Source: Amphiscolops sp. MND2022
Taxonomy: Eukaryota
DNA: 64,000 nt
Direction: 5' to 3'
NCBI GenBank assembly: GCA_964187785.1
Contig: OZ076409.1
Location: 62,560,001-62,624,000, forward strand
Part shown: positions 12,780 through 23,198 of the stretch, one piece after another
How positions within the stretch are numbered: the stretch's first letter is position 1
How the letters are laid out: every line of letters starts with the position of its first letter
Translations under genes and position numbers: made by a program
The notes under the pieces: generated by a model
Told to the model about the DNA's origin: nothing
Databases searched by the model: none
What the model saw: only the letters and a program-made list of their open reading frames with translations

Positions 12780-12984
12780 TGTTGTATTCTATGAACTAGA
12801 CTTGTAATATAAGAGTTTTTAAGAAACAATGTTTTCTCTAGCACAAAGTTTAGTGTAATGAAAGCTGAATAATCTAGAGAACTATATAGTTGTTAGTAAA
12901 CAACAATAACAAAGATAACTAAAAATAGCAACGGATTGTTTATCAACAGTTAATCTAAATTTGTCTGTTGTTCATTATTCTTCA
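12780..12984 (-). repeat. 5' LTR of element A
   Basis: Direct repeat of 6953-7157. Confidence 0.95.
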
Positions 12985-13899
12985 CTGTGCCATAAGACAT
13001 TCCCCGCCAATGACTATCTTGACAAGAGTGTACTTTTGAGATTCCGTTCAATGAACTTATCCTGTCAAATTTGTTCAAATTTTGCACAAAAAAAATTAGA
13101 AAAACTTTGAAAAAAGTTTTGTTCATTCTGACACTTCGGTCAATTTTTTTTCTTCAAATTTTGCTTGAAAAATCAATATTCTACTTCAGATAAATATGCC
13201 AGCAAACATGCCTAAGTCATAAACTTCTACGAGAAGAGCTGTCCTTTTAGCCTGCTTTTAGTAAAAACTAACATGATCACTTCTTTTTTTTTAAAAAAAA
13301 AAGCCAGACACGGGTGCGACAAAACATATAGTGCGGCAGATTTGCGTATTGGGATTTATACGGACTTTGGCCTTTTCTGATTTTACATTGCATTTGGCCA
13401 AGTTATGTGCTGGCTTAAAAAAGAATTTCGAGGCAGAAAAACGGGACTTAACTCTCGTCTTTGTCCAGTTTTATTGCGCCGAATTTGAGATGTTCTCGGA
13501 TTCAGTTTTAAAAATGTATTTGAGACTATAGGGTATTCCAGAAAATTTGTTACTGCTCAAACACGGATATTCATATAAGTTTTTTAATCACTTGAGTTCT
13601 CATGCGAAGTGCTAAGTTGGGGTACCCTGCTGTCCCAAAACACAACGGGGCATGGTTTTGTGGTATCAATGAGCATTTAAAATTTTGACTTCTTCAAAAA
13701 GCAAACCAGAGTCACTGCCTGTGATCGATTGTAACATGAAGATTTTTGGCGTTGACTGAGATGGAATTTTGGGTCTTTTAAGTTCGTGAGTATTTTGTTC
13801 GTAACACTTCATAACAGAATCAGTAACCGCAGGGGATGACTATTCTATCCAATTCCCAGATTGGATGAGCACTATTTACGCAAACAGTGTCACTCACAC

Positions 13900-15178
13900 T
13901 CCGAAGATAAAACTAAACTAAATAGAAACATTCGCCATGATTGATTGACGCTCTCCGATCACGCAGATACCGAGCAAAAAACCAGACACAAATTTTGAGG
14001 CAAATCAAATATAAAGTTTAGATGTGACGAAAAATCAAATGCCATTTGACAAATGGCACTCAAAAGAGGAACAGAAATTGAACATCACTATCACAGAAGA
14101 AAATCTACAACAGCAGAAGCCAATGTTGGAACTTTCGATTCCCAAAATAATTTTCGGCTATGCCTATGTGCAATTAAATAAAAGTAACAAAGAAGTGCCC
14201 GGAAACACTGCTTATTTGCAGTAGTTGGAATGTTACAAAAAGTTGACAAAACACTAAACTTCCATAAGACAAGAAGATCAATCAATAGAGACCAAAAAGA
14301 AATCGAACGGGTACTTACGAGACTGCAAATACCGGTTACCGTAGAAGCAAATTGAAGAAATATGTCTTGGCCAAAAATGACAAATCCAAAATAAAACCTA
14401 TTGAAGAAAAAAGAGAATCAGTAACAAAACTCAACAACCTCCCGAAAAACCACAAAGATCTCAAGTAATTCCTAGGGACATTCCAACACCTCTAAATATG
14501 TGAGAAACATTTTCGATGACAGGTAAAATGCAGAAAAATCGATAAAGACAATGAAAAATGGAATGGTCGCAAGAACGTCAAAAAGAGTTGGAAGCATTGG
14601 ATGAAAATATGAAAACATCCCAAAGTTACCGAGTTTCTCTGAATACGCAAAGAATTTTGTCACAACTGACACCATCACAAACGGGCTAGGAGCGGTACTA
14701 TGGCACGAACAAAAGGCGAAAAGCGACAGTCTATAGTTTTTGCTAGCCGTTTGAACGACGCAGAACGAAAATACACGATAAACAAACTAGAGTCATTTGT
14801 CTGAGCATGCAGTCTCGAACATGTCGGATTCATTGTAAATGGGATGGAGTAATGCTGAAAACAAACCACACAGCGCTACAACTACCCCTGCGGAAGATCC
14901 GTGCTCACAAACAATACAGCGCTTGTTTATCACGTTGGAACGACCGCTTGTCGCACTTCGACGTATCTGTACGAAATTGCACCAGAAAAAAAACTATTTT
15001 ACCATATTACCATGGCAAAAACCCGGTTGCAAAGTCAAATCCAGAATGTGAATACGCAGAAGAATAGACAGCAAACTGCATGAAATAATTCAAAACTGAA
15101 CTGGGAAAACACAATTCGATGGAATAAATAACTAATCACACGGAAAACGAATTCAATAAATTTGTCAATCAAGCCAAA
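13900..15178 (+). pseudogene. Highly decayed Mag-like pol relic; insertion target of element B
   Basis: RNase H remnants TTDTITNGLGAVLW, FASRL, AERKYTINKLE, KQYSACLSRWNDRLSHFD and EYAEE match element A Pol; many stops; left boundary approximate. Confidence 0.65.
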
Positions 15179-16707
15179 TGTCCCAGGCGGCCGCCTGTGA
15201 TGGGAATCTGTATTCAATAAGCCACAGCTACCAAAGAGCCCTGCCGAATACCCTCCCAATAAATTAAAACTTGTTCGGAAAGTAATATTTCGATTGCTTA
15301 GTATTAGTTGATTTTATACTCAATGTAAAATGTTAGATGCTGTTACTATTCATATGTATATTAATGTACGGTGAATTTGAAATTGGACACCAAGGCGTAC
15401 AGGCAAAGGAAACGAGTTCAAATGTTTTCTTGCCTGTCGCCTTGGACAAAGCATCCAATTTGAAATCAACCAATCAGAGAGCAGTATTTAGTTATGTACA
15501 TGTACAGTTGCTATTAAACCAATATGGCGGTATTAGTACTTGCGCCGTACTTGGCTTTCATTCTCACGGCTTGGAAATAAATAAAGGACAGCGTGTCCAC
15601 TTTGACACAAGCCGACAATGCTGTTATTTTAAATAGTTGAAAGCTGCTCTATTAGTTGCTATAATAAGACAGCGTGGATACTTGACCATTCCTGTACCTT
15701 GAAAGTACAGAAATTAAAATCTTGATGCTTACTATTTTAGATACATTCTAGCTAATATGGCTAGAAAAGTCATGTTATAAAACATGATACATGAATTGTT
15801 GCTTTTACATGTTAATATATGTAATTCTTGGCTGTTATTGTCATTGTAGCCATGGAGGCCGTATTAATATTCAGTCACCGCTAGCCCTTTGAAGTATATA
15901 TTTAGTGTGTTGATGACATCACGGTGCTATTTTTAGCCGTTATGTTCTAAAAATAGATGCATGACACCCTGAAATTAGATCATCACCCCCGCCCTAACTA
16001 TAAATACCCAGGACTAGCTGTCCTCAGGGACACAATTTGACAAGCGATATTATTATCAGTTTCACCTTTTTGATAATACTCAGATACAAATTATTAACCG
16101 TTCAGTTGTTAATAACCGATTACTAGAATAATTTAAATATTACCTCTAGTACAATCATTTATGCCTTCCACAAGAAGACAGAAAGCCAAGGCAAGAAAGT
16201 CTAGAGAAATGGACATGATGTCCGATATAGACAACTTGGACGTAATGTTAGGTAATGGGAGTGAAAATCCTATTGAGAGAGAATTAGCAGATGCAATCGA
16301 ACAGTCCTCTTTCCAGGGAGACTACGAAGGAAATGAGTACCAAAGGAACAATTATAACTTTGTACAGGAAAATGAGCCAATGAGGCACAATGAAGTTAGA
16401 CAGTCCTTTGAAACTTTTACAAATGAATTCAACCTCAGATTGTCTCAAGAAATGGATTCCATGATGTCCATGGTCCATAACCAGATAAACAGGGCAATTA
16501 GCACTGCTATATCAGAAAGGGTGATCCCAGAGATCCAAAACATTGTGAGTTCAATGTCATCTTCAGGAAATAGGGACACTGAGGCCAGTATGTCCCCAGG
16601 TAGTCAAGAAAATAGGGAAAGTTCATCCGGGTTGAAAACTAAAATAACGAAAAAGGACTCACGGTCCGTAGGTGATTTGAGAGACACCACGGGGCGTGGC
16701 TCTTACA
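15179..16707 (+). repeat. 5' LTR of element B
   Basis: Direct repeat of 29254-30782, followed immediately by a TGG PBS. Confidence 0.95.
15999..16006 (+). promoter_or_regulatory. TATA box of the element B LTR promoter
   Basis: TATAAATA about 160 bp before the gag ATG; same motif at the equivalent place in element C (56151-56158). Confidence 0.7.
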
Positions 16708-16719
16708 TGGTGACAGGAG
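16708..16719 (+). other. Primer-binding site of element B (tRNA-Leu-like), inside the gag coding sequence
   Basis: TGGTGACAGGAG directly after the LTR CA; resembles the Leu-type TGGTGTCAGRAG. Confidence 0.65.
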
Positions 16720-17829
16720 CTAACAACAGACATTTCCTGAATTTCTCACTGGACGAATCCACTCAATCCCAAACCTGGCGAGACAACAATCAAACCACAA
16801 TGTCTCTCTGGACACCACTCTGCCAGCCCCAGAACAAGAGGTTCCTGAGACACCTCAGGACCCCTTGAACAGATTGGCCGACGTCCTGGTCAACTTGCAA
16901 AATAAGCCACAAACGATGACCATCCGACCAGTCCAAACCACACCAATGACATTTGACGGGAAAAGTGAAAAATTTGAACTCTTTGAAGACCTATTCCACA
17001 CGATGATCAAAATGCAACCGGCCATGACAGAGCAAATGAAAATTAACCATTTTCATTCCTTGCTTAGGAAAGGGGCCCTGCAGACTTTCAGGAATATAAA
17101 CTCAATTAACCGTCAAACGCTCGAGGACGTGCTGGTCATATTCCGGAGGAAATACGTAAAACCGGAATCCCAAGCAACGGCAAAACACAAATGGCATCGA
17201 CTAATTTTCGACCCGAATACCATGAAATTGCCGGATTTCTTGGAAGAACTGAACCAGGGGGCAGAAAAAGCATTTGGCGAGAATGCGAAAAGCATGATTG
17301 ACAGTTTATTGTACTCAAAACTGCCTCCAAAATTAAAACGATCTGTCAATATGGCCCGCCTAGAGAACGGGACATATGAAGAAATCGTTGCTCATCTAGA
17401 ACGAGAACTTGAACTTAATGCATTGGAAGAATCTGATGACTTACCAATGGCCACTATGGCCTCTGCGTCCACCAGTAACAGCAACCTGCTGTCCAATGGC
17501 ATAAACACAAACAAGGACGCACAATGCTCCTATTGCAAAGCCACAGGCCACTTCTATAAGAACTGCCCTAAATTGAAAAAGAAAAAGGAATTGGAGGACA
17601 AAAATGGCAAAAAGCCCCAACGCCCTACATACCCAGAATGCCCTACTTGCGGAAAGAAAAATCACCCCGTTGAGAGATGCTGGAAAGGGGCTGGAGCACA
17701 TTTACGCCCCAAAAGGACACGTCCTGAAGATAAGGCTGATGACACCTCTGGAGATGAAAAATCATCCAAGAAGTCAACTAGCCCCGAAACCACATCTTCA
17801 AGCCATTCATCTTCTCGAAAAACCGATTC

Positions 17830-17839
17830 AAAAAACTAA
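17830..17839 (+). promoter_or_regulatory. -1 ribosomal frameshift site A_AAA_AAC followed by the gag stop
   Basis: The -1 frame is open into pol; identical heptamer and stop in element C. Confidence 0.85.
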
Positions 17840-20800
17840 TTTCGCCACGACTCCAAGTTTCCAACCAGATGTCAGTGCGACAATATGTCATATCTGACCC
17901 ACCAAACATTATTTATAAACAAACTCAAAACGATACCACAGGAATTCCATCGACTGTCTGGCAGCAGCAAATGGCCAACGCCCGCATGGAAACTCAACAT
18001 ATTATCCATAGCGACCACCCATACTTATATAGACGAACAAGTTACGACAACGACTCGGAAACTCACTTTCGCCCCTTACAAACTGTCGAAGATTATAACC
18101 CTCAATACTATGACCCCGAGTATGGCAAAGACCCGTACTGGGACGAAGAACTATATGACAAAACCAATTTACAATTTCGAAACGAAGATTACCCTCCAAC
18201 TGACGACGAGGACGACCCAGACATTGAAGACAACACACTGTCTCGGGCCCTCATTGATCCTTGGCAGCCAAATTTTGATGCAATAATACAAGGAGTAGAC
18301 GCCACTCAACAACAGGAAGGCCACAAAGCCTCTAACAGACTTTTAGATGAAACGGCCTTCCTAGATCTCTTAGTGGCCAAGGAATGAGAGCCGTCCTACG
18401 TTCCCCTTTCAACAAACCTTGGGCTCAAATTTAAAAGACGAATGCTCTATTTCCCAATGGATTTTGGAGAGTTAACCCTAGACGGCCTAATCGACACTGG
18501 AGCCCACTCCAGTGCAATACCGGAAGCAGACCTTAGAAAGATACGCCTATTGGCCCCCCAGTCGATAGTAAAAGAAGGCCCTGCTCCATCTTTTCAAATA
18601 ATGGTCGCAAATGGTGATTTAGAAAACACAAAGAGCACAGTTGAACTAAAATTTGAGGTGGGAGACATAGAATTTCATGAAATCTTCATTGTAATGGAAA
18701 AACTGTCTAGCCCCATAATTGGACTGATGTTCCTGCAGAGGAACCACACCGTCTTGGACATGCGCCAAGGTATACTCAATTTCCCTTACTTCTCGATGCA
18801 ATTAAAAACGGCCGACCACAAGTATTCAAATGTAATCGAGCCAATTCTCAACCCTGAAGGCATCACCATTCCTCCGAATGACCTTGCAGTCATCTCTATA
18901 CAGTCCCAGATCTATGCCGAAAATGCAGTCACGGGGATATTACAACCCAGTGACCTCCTCCATGAAGAAGGTGACGTTACATTTTGCGCCGCCATAGTCA
19001 CGTTGCATGAAGGGACTATGAGGATACACGTTAACAATTTTACTGACCACCCCTACACACTCAAAAAGGGGCTACATATCGCAAATTTCTCAGTGATGAC
19101 TCCTGAACAGATGAAACATGTCAGGCCAATAGACCCAGTGTCCATCTGGCATTTACTAAACGAAAATGAAGAAGACGCTATCTACTATATCAGTAGCCTC
19201 CTTAAAGCTAACCGAAATAACGACCAGTATGAACAATATTGGTTCCCGACACCTGAGAACCCAGGCGATGAAGCATCACATACGCCAATCCAGCAAAGAA
19301 TCCTCAGGGATTTAAGAAATCTAGAAGAAATAGAAAAACTCAACCCGCAAGACAATGCTGAATCTAGGCAAAAATTCCTCAGCAATTTTGACTGGAAGGA
19401 CTCAATGCTACAACAGCATGAAATCAAACAAATAGAAGCTCTCTTGGTAGAATTTCACGATATCTTCGCCCGCCACAGATTTGACATTGGCGTCAACGAG
19501 GAATTCACGGTCAAATTGACCCCGAAGAATGATTCACCTGCCTATAGCCAGAGCTTACCTACTCCGGTCAACCTCAAAGAGGACATATTGGTCGAACTGG
19601 CTTTGCTTCACAAATACGGTATTATTACAACACTACCATTCTCAAAGTACGCCAGTCCCATATTCGCCCAGAAAAAACCAAATGGCAAGTTAAGATTACT
19701 GGTTGACTTGAGGAAAATCAATAATCTCATATCCGACGATTATATCAACAACAATCACCCAGTCAGCACCTTAACGGATGCCGCGCAGCACATGGCCGGG
19801 AAAAAGCTTTTCTGTAAACTCGATTGTTCGCAAGCCTATCATTGTCTCCCAATAGCTGACCAGAGGTCTATTGAAATGCTTGCTTTCAATTTTGCTAGCA
19901 GGACCTTTGCCTATCGCAGATTGGCGCAAGGCCTCAGCAGAGCCTTATCGGCCTTCTCCAGCTTTATACGAGAGTATTTAGACCGGGTGATCAAAGCAGA
20001 TCAATGCGCCCAATATGTGGACGATATCGGCATTGCGGCCAACGATGCCGAACATCTCATAACAAACCTCAGGGCTACCTTCCAATGTATCAGAGAAGCC
20101 GGACTCAAACTGTCCATGCACAAGTGCCACTTTGGCACTACCGAAATTGATTTTCTTGGGAGAACCATCACCCCTGAGGGTGTCAAACCCCAAAAGGAAA
20201 GAATCACCAACTTCTTGGAAAAGACGAAATTTCCAAAGTCCAAGAAGGCCTTACAGCGTTACCTTGGCTTCCTCAATTACTACAGGAATTATATACCAAG
20301 ACTATCTGAAAAACTCGTTCCCTTCTTCCAATTGCTCAAAAAGGACGAGAAGGTACTAGTGACGCAAGAGTTGGTTGAACAATTTAATGAAATCAACCGA
20401 GACTTAGATAGATGTAGTCAACTGGCGCTGAAACAACCTCTGCCGAACAAACAGCTCGTCCTGATGACCGATGCAAGTTTTACAGCAGCCGGTTACGCCA
20501 TATTGACCGAAGACGACCCAAATCAAAAACACACTTCCGTTAAAAAGTCCTATGCGCCGATTGCATACGGATCAAAAACTTTCACGCCTTCTCAGCTTAA
20601 AATGTCAATATATGCAAAGGAATTCCTAGCTATATATTATGCATTTAAGGAATTTGGACACATTTTCTGGGGAACACCTCAACCTGTGATTATACTCACA
20701 GACAACAAATCGGTCACGAGGTTCTTCCAGACCAAGATCGTTCCACCGCCACTCTGGAATGCTTGTGACTTTGTCATTCAATTCAACTTCATTATAGCTC

Positions 20801-22938
20801 ACATTCCAGGCAAGAATAACACAGCGGCAGATTATCTGTCTCGTATGGAAATGGACCCTACTGAAAAGTTGGTCCTGAAAATACGAGAAGACGTAGATAC
20901 TAGACCGATCGAAGTAAATGTCCAATCAGCCGGCGTGTCAGAAGAAGAACAAATTTTCTTCACCGAGGAGGATAATGAAACAGAAGAACAGATTTGGGAA
21001 CGGAAAAAACAATCCAAAAAGGGACTCATGATCCCTGAGACAATAATCCACATTGACGCCATATCCGAAAATACAATAGAAGAAATTACCAATTTCACTC
21101 AAAAATTGCGACGAACTAATCAGATACTGCTCGAACAGTCTAAAGATCCCATCTTGCTCCAATTAAAAGCAAAAATTCAGAAGGAAGAATACTCTGAAGA
21201 AATCTTGCAACAGGATACTCGGTACAAGTACTACTTGAACAACATGGACCGAATAGTCCTTAAGGACGAAATCGTGACAAGGCAGTACTATGACGAAACT
21301 GGACAGATCAAATACCATCAAATTCTGTTACCGAAACACCTAGTTCAAGAATTATTACAAGCAATACATGGCACGGCACATCGACATCCAGGCATCTCTA
21401 AAATGCTGCAAGAAATTCGCCAAAAGTACTACTACCCAGGAATAGCAAAACTTGTCAAAAAATGGGTAGATGGCTGTGAAATATGTGCCAGAGACAAACG
21501 GGTCCCTAATGCTGTAATTACCCCAGAATTACTGGATTTGCCTGAATGGGACCTTGGTCCAGAAGACGCCATGCAAATTGACCTATTACCAAATTTACCG
21601 ACTAGTGGAGGATACCAAACGGTGATGACGGCAATAGATGTATTCTCAAGATACTTGTTCGCCTACCCGCTAATTGAGGCTACAGCCGCAAATGTGACCA
21701 AGGTGATAATTGATATAATGACGAAGCATTCATATTTGCCGACAACTCTCATCACAGACAAGGGCTCCGCATTTACTTCAACAATTCTAGCAGAAATCAC
21801 CAAAATTCTGGGAATAACACTTAGATGCGCTACTACCAAACATCCGCAAACGATCGGCAAACTTGAGAGGACACACGCCTCTTTAAAAACCAACCTGAAG
21901 ATGGCCTCAGGGGAATATCGTCGTCAATGGCACAAATATTTACCATTAGCAGTGCTCAACTATAACACTACTTATCACGCTAGTATTGGTTGTGAGCCTA
22001 GCAAAGTCTTCCATGGCCGAATCCCCTACAATGTCCTTGATCATAAATTAGGAAATAATCCTAATAAAAATTTCCTACCGACAACTGAATTTGCAGAAGA
22101 ATTACAGCAGAGGACGCAAATCCTCATTGATCAGACAAAAAAGAATATTATGCAGTCGTATTTAAAGTACAAGGAGTACTACGACCGCAAGGCCAAAGCG
22201 GCTCCGCTACAAGAGAAAGACTACTGTTTTGTTCTTCAACCGAAAGCGGATAGTCAAGGCTCTAAAATACCATTTAGGGACTTCCGATGGATTGGTTCCT
22301 TTGTCGTCCAAAAAACCTTACCAAATAACAATTATATAGTGCGTCGTTTAAATACGAATAAAACGCAGATCTTGCACCGGATCAGGCTCAAAAAATTTGT
22401 TCCAAACACCCCATTAGAGGACAAATTTAAAGAAGAGAAATTACAGCCTGATGAGGAGATAGTAATACCGCAAGATGATTTGTATACCATCTCATGGGAA
22501 GCGGACTTTGAGTACGAGCTATTCGAGCCGAAGACAAATGACTGGCCACACACGGCCACGCGTCTGCCACAGGACGCCGCGAACGGAGAAGTCGACTATT
22601 ACGTCACCGAGAATGAAAGCAGCAGCGTAAACGAAAGCGAGCGCAGCAGCGAAAGAAGAAATGACAATGACGTCAGCGAGAACGAAATAAGGCCGAGATC
22701 GGCCACCAGCCGTGATGCGCCGTCCCCTCTGCATGAATCGCCTAGTAGGACGGAAAATGAAAATGACGTCACTAATGAATTAAATGATGACGGAAACATT
22801 CCAAAAAGGGCCGCAGATATTACCGTGCCCGGAATATCGGAAAACGAAAGAAATGAGGAAAATTCTAGTCCTAGAGGAGGGAAATATAATCGTCGACCTA
22901 ACCCTACCCCCAACTTTACTGATGAATACAGATATTAG
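17830..22938 (+). pseudogene. pol: Pol of element B (N-terminal extension, PR, dUTPase-like fold, RT, RH, IN); single in-frame TGA at 18385-18387
   Basis: LIDTGA, YVDDI, TDASF, H..AHRHPG..CEIC, QIDL/TDKG/KLER. The TGA aligns with a Gly codon in element C. Confidence 0.95.
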
Positions 22939-23198
22939 CCAGATATGTAAATTAATGTCCCAACCGCCACTCAGACTGACAAATGACCTTTTTTACTTGG
23001 GACTACTCTGACTCTAATATATATACAAAGAAACAGAAAACGTGGACTCAACGTCCACAAATACAAAACGAGTCATGAAATACTGATTTAGCAATATAAA
23101 ATAGACTGCGAAGAAATAAACAATTTCAGAAACTGCAAGTGAAACAGAAAACTATAAATACACAGCAACAACTAAGAACAAATGTACACTATGTACAT

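Larger units (their letters stand above)
6953..12984 (-). mobile_element. Ty3/Gypsy LTR retrotransposon, Mag-like (element A), full length
   Basis: 205-bp LTRs (one mismatch seen), 5-bp TSD CTGTG at 6948-6952 and 12985-12989, PBS, PPT, gag-PR-RT-RH-IN order. Confidence 0.95.
16161..17839 (+). pseudogene. gag: Gag of element B, starting inside the 5' LTR; frameshift near 16720-16735
   Basis: ORFs 16161..16868 and 16865..17839 together align with the continuous gag of element C; FDGKSEKFELF capsid-like region; knuckles CSYCKATGHFYKNC and CPTCGKKNHPVERC. Confidence 0.9.

Noticed and set aside
15337..15636. 99-aa ORF in U3 (duplicated at 29412) and 85-aa ORF at 55439 sharing ETSSN
   Set aside because: Similarity is limited to an identical 17-bp DNA motif; no other protein conservation, so more likely regulatory DNA
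18385..18387. TGA within element B pol as programmed readthrough
   Set aside because: Element C has a Gly codon here; simple nonsense mutation
23115..23120. AATAAA after pol in B (and near 63327 in C) as an internal poly(A) signal
   Set aside because: Expected by chance in A-rich spacers; no independent support
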